Below are positions 55,263-55,447 of a stretch of 55,447 nt of DNA, in pieces (within the stretch, counting starts at the first letter, position 1; every line of letters begins with the position of its first letter). Origin of the DNA: a virus (taxonomy: Duplodnaviria > Caudoviricetes). The notes beneath the pieces are model-generated. The model was not told where the DNA came from and did no database searches. It saw only the letters and a program-made list of their open reading frames with translations. The DNA is taken from IMG/VR virus record IMGVR_UViG_3300042991_000477, positions 1 to 55,447 of that record, one strand, 5' to 3'. Position numbers and translations under genes: made by a program.

Positions 55263-55447
55263 TTAATTTTTTACTTTTAAATCCGTTATTTATATGATTT
55301 TTAAATAATTCATTTATAAGTCCATTTTTTCTAGCTTTACCATATGCTCCAGGATCTTTTTTTTGAAATTCTGTTCTTGTTTTATAATTATTAGCTTCTT
55401 CTTGTAGTTCTTCGTTTGATAGATATCTATGTTCTCTATATTTAAAT
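55249..55447 (-). CDS. 3' end of a gene truncated by the window edge; helical repeat like that in 16080-17228
   Basis: EELQEEANNYKTRTEFQKKDPGAY vs AQKYKTRGEFQRLDGSAY; apparent frameshift near 55325. Confidence 0.5.
   Translation of the reverse strand, partial: FKYREHRYLSNEELQEEANNYKTRTEFQKKDPGAYGKARKNGLINELFKNHINNGFKSKKLNAKF

Noticed and set aside
1-55447. Genome-wide stop-codon reassignment (TGA to Gly/Trp or TAG to Gln)
   Set aside because: Long conserved genes are intact in code 11. KYNI tails end interchangeably in TGA and TAA, and TAG closes genes at sensible positions. Only isolated in-frame TGAs occur.
1-55447. Eukaryotic giant virus or bacterial chromosome origin
   Set aside because: Bacterial-type promoters, intrinsic terminators, ATGA coupling, a peptidoglycan hydrolase, a T4-like polymerase and the absence of housekeeping operons favour a large phage.

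Overview
Very AT-rich, densely coded segment of what is most likely a huge (T4-related/megaphage-like) bacteriophage genome in the standard genetic code. The host is probably Bacteroidota: several TTTG-N19-20-TAnnTTTG promoters are present and starts have A-rich leaders without Shine-Dalgarno sites. Recognisable genes: DHH phosphoesterase, glutamine-dependent NAD synthetase, DUF3228, DHFR, PIN-PhoH, membrane-anchored CHAP hydrolase, the N-terminal half of a split family-B DNA polymerase, seven HNH/PD-(D/E)XK endonucleases, two nucleotidyltransferases, GNAT, ankyrin and LRR proteins. A two-part glycosylation island (18.7-25.9 and 31.2-39.2 kb) has SUEL-lectin-tagged glycosyltransferases next to a Thr-rich surface protein. 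The most striking unexplained structure is a tagging code on small hypervariable proteins. About 19 ORFs end in KYNI-stop, and 14 of them begin with an MKHLKT(F/Y)E-type leader resembling the T4 capsid-targeting sequence; they are chained by ATGA overlaps. A separate set of about 14 ORFs ends in RKxKLxK(L/I) and never has the leader. The 45.2-50.6 kb intergenic DNA holds a cluster of dif/Xer-like 11-6-11 sites, a sharp G/C-skew switch near 49.76 kb, candidate small RNAs and repeats. Many single-base frameshifts in homopolymers suggest long-read consensus errors, so broken ORFs are treated cautiously. All family assignments come from motif recognition by eye; no searches were run.
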